A DNA stretch of 64,000 nucleotides, taken from contig PSMW01000017.1 of the NCBI GenBank assembly GCA_040290295.1, positions 6,840 to 70,839 of the forward strand, in the 5' to 3' direction. The notes beneath the pieces were generated by a model. The model was not told where the DNA came from. It saw nothing but the letters and a program-made list of their open reading frames with translations, and ran no database searches. Positions within the stretch are counted from its first letter, which is position 1. Each line of letters opens with the position of its first letter. Position numbers and translations under genes: made by a program. Of this stretch, positions 24,997 through 33,531 are shown piece after piece. Source of the stretch: Ignavibacteria bacterium. Its GTDB lineage: Bacteria > Bacteroidota > Ignavibacteria > UBA10030 > UBA6906.

Positions 24997-26083
24997 ATGA
25001 CATTCACATCTCGATTGATAATACTTCTTGCTGCAATAACTTTCCTTCTGCAGTTTAGCTGCAAGGATAGCGGAACGGGTCCGGCGCCGGGTGAGTGGCA
25101 ACCGCTAGGTTGGGAAGGTAAGCTCGTGCCCCAGCTCGTGTTGGTCGACAATTATCTCTTCGCGTGTGCTGCGAGAGATGGGTTATACAGACTGAACGTG
25201 GCTGTTGCAGAGGAGCAGTGGCAGTATCTCGGATTTGCTGATTCAACCCCAAGTAGGCAACTTGACTATGGTGTGACATCACTATATCACAACTCTGTTA
25301 CCAATGAACTGCTTGTGGGTCTTGGTGCCCAACCAGAGTCGTTGTTCATCGGTATTTTTCGTTCAGCTGATCTGGGCTTAACATGGATACCATCGGATAG
25401 TGGAATTCGAACTGGCCAATATCCAAGAAGTAGCGAAATATCATCGCTGAGTGGTTCACCTCACTCATCGAACACTGTATATGCCGGCTTGCTTGCAACC
25501 ATTTACAAAAGTGATGATGGAGGAAGGTTTTGGGCACCACTCTATGGGGTGCGTGGGGCTGGTGGACTGGGAATCAATGCGTTACGAGTTGCTCCTTCTG
25601 CACCAAATGAGATTTGGGCGGGGGGGTGAAACTTCAAGATTCGCACCGACACTTGAGCATTCGACCGATGGTGGAAATTCTTGGCGTCGGATATTTTTTC
25701 CCGCTAACTTTGGCCCGTACTATGTTGACAACGTAATCTATGATATTGCAGTGGATCCAATAAACGAAAATGTAGTTTACTTTGGGATGTTAGGTGTGAT
25801 TGCAAAGACAACAGACAAAGGAGAGACCTTCCAGAGAATACTCGGATGGGAAGACGGGATTTATCGGCATTGGCGACTCGCGATCAATCCGAGTAATCCA
25901 CAAGAGTTGCTTGCAACGGGATTCTACTTGTACCGCACTACAGACGGTGGGCAGTTTTGGCAGAAAATAACCCCACCTGATAACAGAAACAATCTTTATG
26001 CGCTTGCCGTCGACTGGCAACAAAGAATTCTTTTTACGAGCGCTTCCAGTCCCGGTAATGGAATTTACAGGTTGCGTTTTTGA
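24997..26083 (+). pseudogene. BNR/Asp-box repeat lipoprotein interrupted at a G7 tract
   Basis: Lipoprotein-like signal (LLQFSC) and Asp-box motifs SADLGLTW, SDDGGRFW, STDGGNSW, TTDKGETF, TTDGGQFW. The frame shifts at GGGGGGG 25620-25626; removing one G gives ..IWAGGETSRF... Confidence 0.7.
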
Positions 26084-26181
26084 GTTCGCCGATGATAATG
26101 ATCCCGCTACACGAACGAGATCCGCTAACTGGTTCTTCCTTTCCAACGAAACAATTCACTCTATTCACAAGGAGAACAACA

Positions 26182-28065
26182 ATGAACACAGTCAGAAATA
26201 TCAGAAACTGTCAGCGTGGTGCGCTCCTGATCGTGGTTGCACTTCTTGCACTGACAACGAGCGATCTTTACGCTCAACTCCAGCGGTTCACTCTGCAAAA
26301 CAGAGAATATCGCTTGGAAGGAAACAAATGGTTTACCTTCTTTGAAGGAAAGAAGGGAGACGAGATCATTCCTCAACGTTTGATTGTGAGACTAAAAGAC
26401 AGAGGGGATGTCGAGAGCTTCGACTTTCAGCGACTGAACATCAGCGGCGTATCGATGGGAAGCCGTCGGTTTCTTAACGGTTTCTATGTCTTGACAATCT
26501 TGTCGGACCGTTATGCTTTCCAGATCGCATCTGTACTTGAAAAAACCGCTCTTTTCGATGTATTGGAATTTGATGCCTACGGAACATGGGACGGAACACC
26601 TAACGACCCGCAATATCCCAACCAATGGAACTTGCCCAAGATTCGGATGCCTCAGGGGTGGGACATAACAACGGGGAACAGTTCCGTTATCTTAGGCATC
26701 ATCGACAGCGGGACGAGATACACGCATGAAGACATTGATGGAAACATTTGGGTCAATCCTGCGGCAGACCGCAATGGAAACGGGCGACCCGATTTTTTCC
26801 CGTTTTCACAAGGCGGCGATCTTGATGGAATTGACAATGATGGTAATGGGTTTGCGGATGATCTCATCGGTTGGGATTTTTATCAGTCCGATAATAACCC
26901 CGATGATGCGTTTGGGCACGGCACTAATGTCGCCGGTGTATCTTCAGCTCAAACCGATAATTATGAAGGTGGAGGTTATCGAGGCGTAGCCGGGGTAGCT
27001 GGTGGATGGCGAAACCAGAAGGGGGCAAGCGTAATGGTGCTCAGGATAGGCGATACCGCGCCTGTCACCTCGTACACTGCGCAAGCAATTGAATACGCTG
27101 CCGTAAATGGTGCCGGGGTCATTAATATCAGCTCGTCTCTGAGCAATCTGACCGTACTTCAAAATGCTGTGAATCTTGCCGTCAACACATACGGGGTGGT
27201 GATCGTTGCGTCCGCCGGGAACAACGGCAGTGATCCCGATCCATCTATCCGATATCCTGCGCGCTACTCAAACACAATTGCCGTCGGTGCCACTGACCAG
27301 AATGACAACCGTCGGTCATACAGTGCCTACGGCCCGGAAATGGATGTCGTTGCACCGGATGGAGTACCAAGTACAACGATGACAGGAGGGTATACAAGCA
27401 GTGTGGCAGGCACTTCTTTTTCCGCTCCTCACGTTGCCGGTCTTGCCGCACTCATCCTGTCAGTCAATCCATCGCTCACCTGGCAGCAAGTGCGAGAAAC
27501 GATTCATCTTAGTGCCGATAAGGTACCAGGTATGGGCGGGCAGAACTTCACCAACCAATACGGCTACGGCCGCATCAATGCTCTTCGCGCTGTCGGAACG
27601 GCTTATGTGACAAACCATCCAGATTATGAATTCGTCTACAATTCCTCTTCGCTTTCTCACTATGACAATTTCAATATGATTTTCCATGCCGGGCCCAATT
27701 GGTGCAATGCCGCTGGTACATATTACAACACAGAGCGGCACAGACTTCTCATTCAAGTCAATCGCTCGTTTACGGAAATACCGCTGGCTTGGTACCTTGG
27801 ACCAGTAGGATATAGCTGGGCTAATCCGAATAACGCCACAGCGTGGTTGAGCCAGACAGTTAACGCAAATACGATTCGCTATGAGACTGTTTTCTATCGT
27901 CTCAATCAGGGAAACTTCTCGTGTGAAAATCGTTGGGCACCGTTCGATCCCAATTCGGTAGAAAGAGCCTACGCATATTTGGGTAGGCCTCTCGTTGCCC
28001 CCGCCATCTCTCTGGTTTCACGCAATCACCTGTTCCCATCTATCGATATAGCTCGGGCGATATAG
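26182..28065 (+). CDS. S8 family (subtilisin-like) serine peptidase
   Basis: Signal peptide after ATG 26182 (SD AAGGAG). Catalytic triad contexts GIIDSGTRYTHEDI (D), HGTNVAGV (H), GTSFSAPHVAGLAAL (S). Confidence 0.85.
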   Translation: MNTVRNIRNCQRGALLIVVALLALTTSDLYAQLQRFTLQNREYRLEGNKWFTFFEGKKGDEIIPQRLIVRLKDRGDVESFDFQRLNISGVSMGSRRFLNGFYVLTILSDRYAFQIASVLEKTALFDVLEFDAYGTWDGTPNDPQYPNQWNLPKIRMPQGWDITTGNSSVILGIIDSGTRYTHEDIDGNIWVNPAADRNGNGRPDFFPFSQGGDLDGIDNDGNGFADDLIGWDFYQSDNNPDDAFGHGTNVAGVSSAQTDNYEGGGYRGVAGVAGGWRNQKGASVMVLRIGDTAPVTSYTAQAIEYAAVNGAGVINISSSLSNLTVLQNAVNLAVNTYGVVIVASAGNNGSDPDPSIRYPARYSNTIAVGATDQNDNRRSYSAYGPEMDVVAPDGVPSTTMTGGYTSSVAGTSFSAPHVAGLAALILSVNPSLTWQQVRETIHLSADKVPGMGGQNFTNQYGYGRINALRAVGTAYVTNHPDYEFVYNSSSLSHYDNFNMIFHAGPNWCNAAGTYYNTERHRLLIQVNRSFTEIPLAWYLGPVGYSWANPNNATAWLSQTVNANTIRYETVFYRLNQGNFSCENRWAPFDPNSVERAYAYLGRPLVAPAISLVSRNHLFPSIDIARAI

Positions 28066-28147
28066 CTCGGGAACAGTAACCTGCAATCTCTCCCAGGGAA
28101 CCGGCAATATTACCTATTCGTGGACTGCGAGTCATGTCCCAAGCGGT

Positions 28148-28384
28148 GTGAGCGTCACATACAACGGTAACCTTGCTACCATCTGTTACCTCTGCGACGG
28201 GCCAATGGGTGTCAAGGGCTCGGAGAAATCAGGTAGTGGAGAACCTAACGATCCAATGGCGATCTTCACCCTGAGATGCACTGCGTCAAATGGTGCCGGG
28301 TCATCAACGGGTACCTTTTATCCTTCGCTCGCTTACAGCCCTCCTCCACCACCGCCTGGCGGTTGTCCGTTAACTGACCCTTGA
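28148..28384 (+). CDS. ORF fragment, possibly a displaced C-terminal domain of the S8 peptidase
   Basis: The frame is open from 28052 and reads ..SSGTVTCNLSQGTGNITYSWTASHVPSGVSVTYNGNLATICY.., Ig-like-domain style text, directly after the S8 stop and the 14-bp duplication. Confidence 0.3.
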   Translation: MSVTYNGNLATICYLCDGPMGVKGSEKSGSGEPNDPMAIFTLRCTASNGAGSSTGTFYPSLAYSPPPPPPGGCPLTDP

Positions 28385-28411
28385 CACACCTAGTTCGTCA
28401 CATCTCTTAAA

Positions 28412-29045
28412 GTGCCTACTTTGGAGTTTTTTCTGGCCGCTTTCTCGTTTCTGATTGTTGCGGAGGGTCGTGGACAAGACCTTGTGATTCTCAGGAGCTT
28501 CGCGAGGTTTCGACTGAACAAACGCAGGTCTACGAAGTTCCCCCTGCTAAACGGATTAGCTGCCCCTCATACGCAAGGACAAGAAACGGACAGTGTCAGA
28601 GGGATTTTTCTTTACTCTGGTATCGGTTTGGTCGAAGTTCTCACGATCGGCGTTGGGAAACAGTTGACTCAAGACCTTTCCATATCTCTGAAATATGCTA
28701 CGACTTGGATTGGCAAAGGAGCAATGATACTTCCCAACAGTGCGACGGGCATAGGACTGAAGTTGACTTACCATAAAGACTTAGCCCCTCTTGCTCTTAA
28801 CGCGATTTCCTTCGATTACATTCTCTATCTCCACAGTTCCCTTGGTTGGCAGTATAGGCAGGCTGGACAGGTACGATCCTTTCATCAAGGGGCATGATTT
28901 TGACATCAACGTAGGCAAGGAAACAGTGAACGAGTCTGGCTTCCACTTCTTCTGGGCGGTAGGCTTCTGCATCAGTGCCGCCAAGGAAGCAGGTGTCTTG
29001 TATGCTCCATCAATAAGAATCGGTATCAATTTCAACTTCATATAG
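28412..29045 (+). pseudogene. small outer-membrane beta-barrel-like protein, frameshifted
   Basis: Signal-like N-terminus (GTG 28412) and alternating beta-strand pattern. The second frame (28791..29045) ends ...YAPSIRIGINFNFI, a typical OM-barrel terminus. Frames join at about 28860-28897. Confidence 0.45.
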
Positions 29046-29084
29046 TTAGGAGACCGAGAAATGACCAAGCTTATTTTGATGATT

Positions 29085-29158
29085 GTGTAAAATACCGACG
29101 CTCCATCATTTGATAAGGATTATAGATGTCGCTCAATGCTGTTGCACACGTTTTGGGA
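29085..29158 (+). repeat. truncated terminal attC (5' half only)
   Basis: ACCGACGC...TTTGATAAGGATTATAGATGTCGCTCAATGCTGTTGC. A 37-nt stretch (29108-29144) is identical to attC1 (15934-15970). Similarity ends at about 29158 and no 3' L/R boxes follow. Confidence 0.7.
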
Positions 29159-29536
29159 GATTTTCCCATCCTCCGTTGGTAATTTCCGGGTGAAGTTCCT
29201 CTAGAGCGTTTCGGCTATGCAACCAAAGATTCTCGCTTTCGTCTGGACCGATCGACTGCCTCCAGAGCAGTAATCAACACCGACATGGATTTTTGTATCC
29301 GCGTACGTTCCTGACTTGCTTCTCCATTCGCATGAGTGCTTTCACGAGGTGTGGCGCAAACGTGGAGATAGCCTGCCGTTCATGTGCCTTCGTGCTGCAG
29401 CTCAAAGCCACAATCGCGTTCACCCTTGCTCAAGAGGTCGCGATATCAGCCTCAGGGTGAATATCGCCATAAGGAAGAGATGAGGTGATCGGACTCCGAC
29501 GAACGCCAGGTTGGTGGTTGATATCTAGAACTGTGA

Positions 29537-30436
29537 TCATCTCCTCCCGCACCCCTTCTGAACGCCCTCGCTTGTCGAGAATGGTAGCTTGTCCGACAAT
29601 TCCGAGACGAGCACGCCCGTAACGATGAGACTGGCGCCGACGATGCCGAAGGTGCCGAGGCGCTCACCGAGCAACACGTAGGCGAGCAACGATGCCCACA
29701 CCGGCTCGATCGTAAAAATGATCGCAGCACGTGTCGGCGTGGTGTCTTTCTGAAATCTTGTTTGCATGAACGTGGTCAGCAGCGTGGCGAACAGCGTCAA
29801 ATACCCGAGTGAAAGGATGAGGGAAGATGTCGGATGCAGAAACCAGTCTTCGACCAGCAGGGTTGTCGCCCATCCCAACACGGCGCAGGCAGCGAACTGC
29901 AAGAACGTAAGCTGCAGCGCGCTCATCGCACGTGACGCCACGTCGAGGTACACGATGTAGAACGCAAACAGTATTGCACAGACGAGCGTCAGCCCGTCGC
30001 CGATCGTGAACGTTGATCCGCTTGGCGCCGTGAGCAACCATAGCCCGATCGTTGCCACACCGATCCCCACCATATTCCCTATCGTTGGCGGCCGTTTTTC
30101 GATGAGGAACTGCAGCAAAGGAACGAAAACAACCATGAGGCTCGTGATGAACGCTGATTTCGAAGCCGTGGTGTAGTTCAAGCCGACATTTTGCGCGACA
30201 AACCCGAGAAAAAGAAACGCTCCCAACAGTCCCCCCTTTTCCAGCGCACCATGAGGCAAGGGAAAAATCTTTCTCGCGAACAGCATCAGGAACACGAGGG
30301 AAGCCGCCGTGAAGCGCGCAGTGGTCATGAGGATCGGCGATATATCGCGCAACCCGATCTTCATGAACGCGAAAGTGCTACCCCAGATGAGCGTAAGAGA
30401 CAGGAGAGCTGCTTCGGCTTTGGATCGGTTGGTCAT
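29537..30436 (-). CDS. EamA/DMT family transporter
   Basis: 10-TM protein with N-terminal LTLIWGSTFAFMKIGL EamA signature. Confidence 0.85.
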   Translation of the reverse strand: MTNRSKAEAALLSLTLIWGSTFAFMKIGLRDISPILMTTARFTAASLVFLMLFARKIFPLPHGALEKGGLLGAFLFLGFVAQNVGLNYTTASKSAFITSLMVVFVPLLQFLIEKRPPTIGNMVGIGVATIGLWLLTAPSGSTFTIGDGLTLVCAILFAFYIVYLDVASRAMSALQLTFLQFAACAVLGWATTLLVEDWFLHPTSSLILSLGYLTLFATLLTTFMQTRFQKDTTPTRAAIIFTIEPVWASLLAYVLLGERLGTFGIVGASLIVTGVLVSELSDKLPFSTSEGVQKGCGRR

Positions 30437-30526
30437 TACATCTCGCCAAAGAAAAGCGAAGACGCGATACGTTCAAGCAGGGTGCACATTCTGAGGGCTT
30501 CGCTTGAGCACCGGAACGTTGGTTGC

Positions 30527-31642
30527 TTAGACGGTGACGGATTGCCGCACTTCTCGCCGTTCGTATTCGACGAACAGTTTTCCCCAATGCGTGGTTCGCT
30601 TCCAGTGCTCGAATACCCTCTTATCCTTCAGAGGCCAGCGGTAGTAATCGTGATATGCTTCCGAACCGAAAATGAACGCATGTACCATCGGCGTGCGGAA
30701 GAAAAGTTTTTGCATGCCTTTGAGCGGACCGAACCACGCCAGGTTGCCGAACAAACTTACGCCGTTGTTCCCGACATGAAAGCCCCATGACTCGTTCGAG
30801 ATATCTGTGCCGGCAATCTCGATGTCACGCACGTCTCCCACGCCCAATCGGTCCTCGTGCGCAACGCGGATGTATTCGATGCTCAGCGGATCGAAACCCA
30901 TCATCTTTGCTGCAACGGCATCGATCGCCACCTGATCAGCGCTGGCAAGAATGTAGTCTTTGACGACCGGGTACATCGTGCGCGGTCCGGGTCCATTGCC
31001 GGCGGTTGTTCCATCCATTATCGCGAAGATGCCCGTATGAATTTCCTTCTGGATCGCCAGCAAATCCACAAGGGTCTTGTGAATCCACGAGTGCGTGTAG
31101 TGTCGTTTCGTGTTCAGCAAACCGCCGAAGGCATTCTTCATTGCGCCGGTGGTTGTTGTGTAGATATGGCACTTCATCGTCGGAAGGTGAACGATATTCT
31201 TCCCGAAGAAGAAATCGGGAATGGTAATGCCTTCCGGATAAATCATCTTCAACACGTGCATACGTGCTTTCGGCTCGTACGTCACCCATTTCATATCCTC
31301 TTCTTTGAAATTGAAGCGGACCGGAATGTTGTGCTCTTTGAAAATGGGTATGTAGCGATTCAAGTCCTCACCCTTAAAGGCATCCGTCACCACCGTTTTG
31401 TTTTGCACACACACCATATCATGGTAGCCGAATCGTTTGAGCGCGAGGATCGTTCCCTCCAACTGCCAGGGTGTGGTGTTGGCAGCCGGAAACGGAAAAT
31501 GCCACGAGATATTGTCCTTCAAAATCGTCGTCGCCTGTGGGTCAAGCACGTCGCGCATGCCCGCAAGCTCTCCAAGACGTTGGTAATCGTCGAGAACGGT
31601 CTCGGGCTTTGTTTTGAGTACAGCGACTTTTGCCTTTGCCAT
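30527..31642 (-). CDS. DUF362 domain-containing protein
   Basis: Start moved to ATG 31642 (MAKAKVAVLKTKPE...). Overall DUF362-like text (..LKDNISWHFP.., ..IMDGTTAGNGPGP.., ..ASADQVAIDAVAAKMMGFDP..). Confidence 0.6.
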   Translation of the reverse strand: MAKAKVAVLKTKPETVLDDYQRLGELAGMRDVLDPQATTILKDNISWHFPFPAANTTPWQLEGTILALKRFGYHDMVCVQNKTVVTDAFKGEDLNRYIPIFKEHNIPVRFNFKEEDMKWVTYEPKARMHVLKMIYPEGITIPDFFFGKNIVHLPTMKCHIYTTTTGAMKNAFGGLLNTKRHYTHSWIHKTLVDLLAIQKEIHTGIFAIMDGTTAGNGPGPRTMYPVVKDYILASADQVAIDAVAAKMMGFDPLSIEYIRVAHEDRLGVGDVRDIEIAGTDISNESWGFHVGNNGVSLFGNLAWFGPLKGMQKLFFRTPMVHAFIFGSEAYHDYYRWPLKDKRVFEHWKRTTHWGKLFVEYERREVRQSVTV

Positions 31643-31682
31643 ACGTTTTCCTAACTTCGTTACGCAACGTATCGGTTGAACA

Positions 31683-33350
31683 TCAAAAGACAGCAACCTC
31701 CTCGTGCACGCCGAAGACCTCGGTGAGTGTCTGGCACATTTCGCCAAGCGTTGCATACGCCTTCGTGCACTCGATGAGGTACGGCATCAGATTGCTGCCG
31801 TCCGCCGCTGCCTGTTTGAGCGTGGCAAGAGTACGCTCTACGTCGGCGTTGTTGCGCGACTGGCGGAGCTCCGCGAGACGTTTGCGTTGCCGTATTTCTA
31901 CTTCCGGAGAGATTTCGAGAATCGGAATGTCGAGTTTCTCCTCTTCTTCGACAACCTCGTTCACTCCGACGATAATCTTTTCCTTGTTGTCCAGTTCGAG
32001 CTGATAGCGGTAGGCCGCTTCGGCAATCTCTCGTTGGAAGAAGCCTGCTTCGATGGCAGGAATAACTCCGCCGAGCGCGTCGATTTTTTCGAAGTACGCT
32101 TCGGCTTCTTTCTCCATCTTATCCGTCAAAGCCTCGATGAAATAACTGCCTCCGAGTGGATCGATGGTATTGGTGACGCCGATTTCGTGGGCGATGATCT
32201 GCTGCGTTCGGAGCGCTATTTTCACCGCTTTCTCCGACGGCAACGCGAGCGTCTCATCCATGGAGTTGGTATGTAAGGATTGCGTCCCGCCGAGCACGCC
32301 GGCAAGCGCCTCGAATGCCGTGCGAATGATGTTGTTCTCAGGTTGTTGCGCCGTTAGTGTACAGCCCGCCGTCTGCGTATGGAATCGCAATGTCCACGAC
32401 CGCGGATTCTTTGCCCCGTACTTTTCGCGCATACGCTTCGCCCAAATCTTGCGCGCCGCACGAAATTTGCAAATCTCTTCGAAGAAATCGATATGCGAGT
32501 TGAAGAAGAACGACAGCCTTGGCGCAAAACTGTCCACATCCATCCCACGCTTCAAGCACTCTTCCACATACGCAAATCCGTCGGCAAGTGTGAACGCCAA
32601 TTCTTGCACCGCCGTCGAGCCTGCTTCGCGAATGTGGTAGCCGCTGATCGACACCGGATTCCACAACGGCATCTCCTTGGAACAGAACTCGATCATATCC
32701 ACCACAATCCTCATGGATGGTTTCGGCGGATAGATCCATTCCTTCTGTGCGATGTACTCCTTGAGAATGTCGGTTTGGATGGTTCCGCGCAGTTCTTCGC
32801 GTCGCGCACCTTGTTTCTCCGCCACAACGATATAGAACGCCAGCATCATTGCCGCCGGCGCGTTGATCGTCATCGATGTCGAGATATCCTTGAGCGAAAT
32901 ACCTTTGAAGAGCAACTCCATATCCGCAAGCGAGCTGACCGACACGCCGCAGATGCCGACTTCGCCTTCGCTCAGCGGGTCGTCCGCGTCGCGTCCCATC
33001 AGCGCCGGCAGATCGAACGCTACCGAGAGACCCGTCTGCCCGTGTTCGAGCAAGTAGTGATACCGAGCGTTGGTATCTTCGGGCGAACCGAAGCCCGCAA
33101 ACTGGCGCATCGTCCATAACTTGCCGCGATACATGTTATGATGAATGCCGCGCGTATACGGAAACTCACCCGGGAAACCGATCTCCGTCAAGTAATCGAT
33201 GTGCGCGATATCGTCGGGCGTGTACAGTAACTCGATCGGCTGCCCGCTGACCGTGGTGAACTTCACTTGCCCTTGCCGGGACGATGTTGCAGCTCGCTTC
33301 TGCCATTCGGCTTTCCGTTTTCGAATCTCGTCAACACCATTCGTGTTCAT
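31683..33350 (-). CDS. methylmalonyl-CoA mutase family protein, catalytic (N-terminal) domain subunit
   Basis: [57 protein letters not shown] is the classic acyl-CoA mutase text. No B12-binding domain in this ORF. Start set at ATG 33350 (SD GAAGGGGA). Confidence 0.85.
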   Translation of the reverse strand: MNTNGVDEIRKRKAEWQKRAATSSRQGQVKFTTVSGQPIELLYTPDDIAHIDYLTEIGFPGEFPYTRGIHHNMYRGKLWTMRQFAGFGSPEDTNARYHYLLEHGQTGLSVAFDLPALMGRDADDPLSEGEVGICGVSVSSLADMELLFKGISLKDISTSMTINAPAAMMLAFYIVVAEKQGARREELRGTIQTDILKEYIAQKEWIYPPKPSMRIVVDMIEFCSKEMPLWNPVSISGYHIREAGSTAVQELAFTLADGFAYVEECLKRGMDVDSFAPRLSFFFNSHIDFFEEICKFRAARKIWAKRMREKYGAKNPRSWTLRFHTQTAGCTLTAQQPENNIIRTAFEALAGVLGGTQSLHTNSMDETLALPSEKAVKIALRTQQIIAHEIGVTNTIDPLGGSYFIEALTDKMEKEAEAYFEKIDALGGVIPAIEAGFFQREIAEAAYRYQLELDNKEKIIVGVNEVVEEEEKLDIPILEISPEVEIRQRKRLAELRQSRNNADVERTLATLKQAAADGSNLMPYLIECTKAYATLGEMCQTLTEVFGVHEEVAVF

Positions 33351-33531
33351 GCGTTCCCCTTCGTTGGTATCATACGCTGAATGAATCATTTGCCGTTTCA
33401 ATTAACAAAGATTGCGTTTGAAGTTCAACACGCCTCGATCACACACGGCGGCATACAGGGGGCGGGGAGACAGAATCTATGGACGTTTGGTTCGGTTGCA
33501 CCATTCCACACGCGAATGTTTCATCATTGCT

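Larger units (their letters stand above)
14857..29158 (+). mobile_element. integron-type gene-cassette array (attI-like site, 5-6 attC sites, truncated terminal attC); no intact intI in window
   Basis: Co-oriented ORFs are each followed by an attC-like imperfect palindrome with RYYYAAC/GTTRRRY-type boxes. Each cassette's 5' end is complementary to its own attC 5' arm. The segment is AT-richer than the flanks. Confidence 0.75.

Noticed and set aside
29159-29536. Looked for a gene or further attC in the ~380-bp gap between the truncated attC and the EamA gene.
   Set aside because: There are only short ORFs (under 65 aa) without motifs and no attC-like boxes. It is treated as a non-coding junction.
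32338-33119. ORFs 32338..33117 (-) and 32379..33119 (+) inside the acyl-CoA mutase gene.
   Set aside because: They are alternative frames or the antisense strand of a gene with a strong family signature, and their translation is Arg/His-rich low-complexity text.
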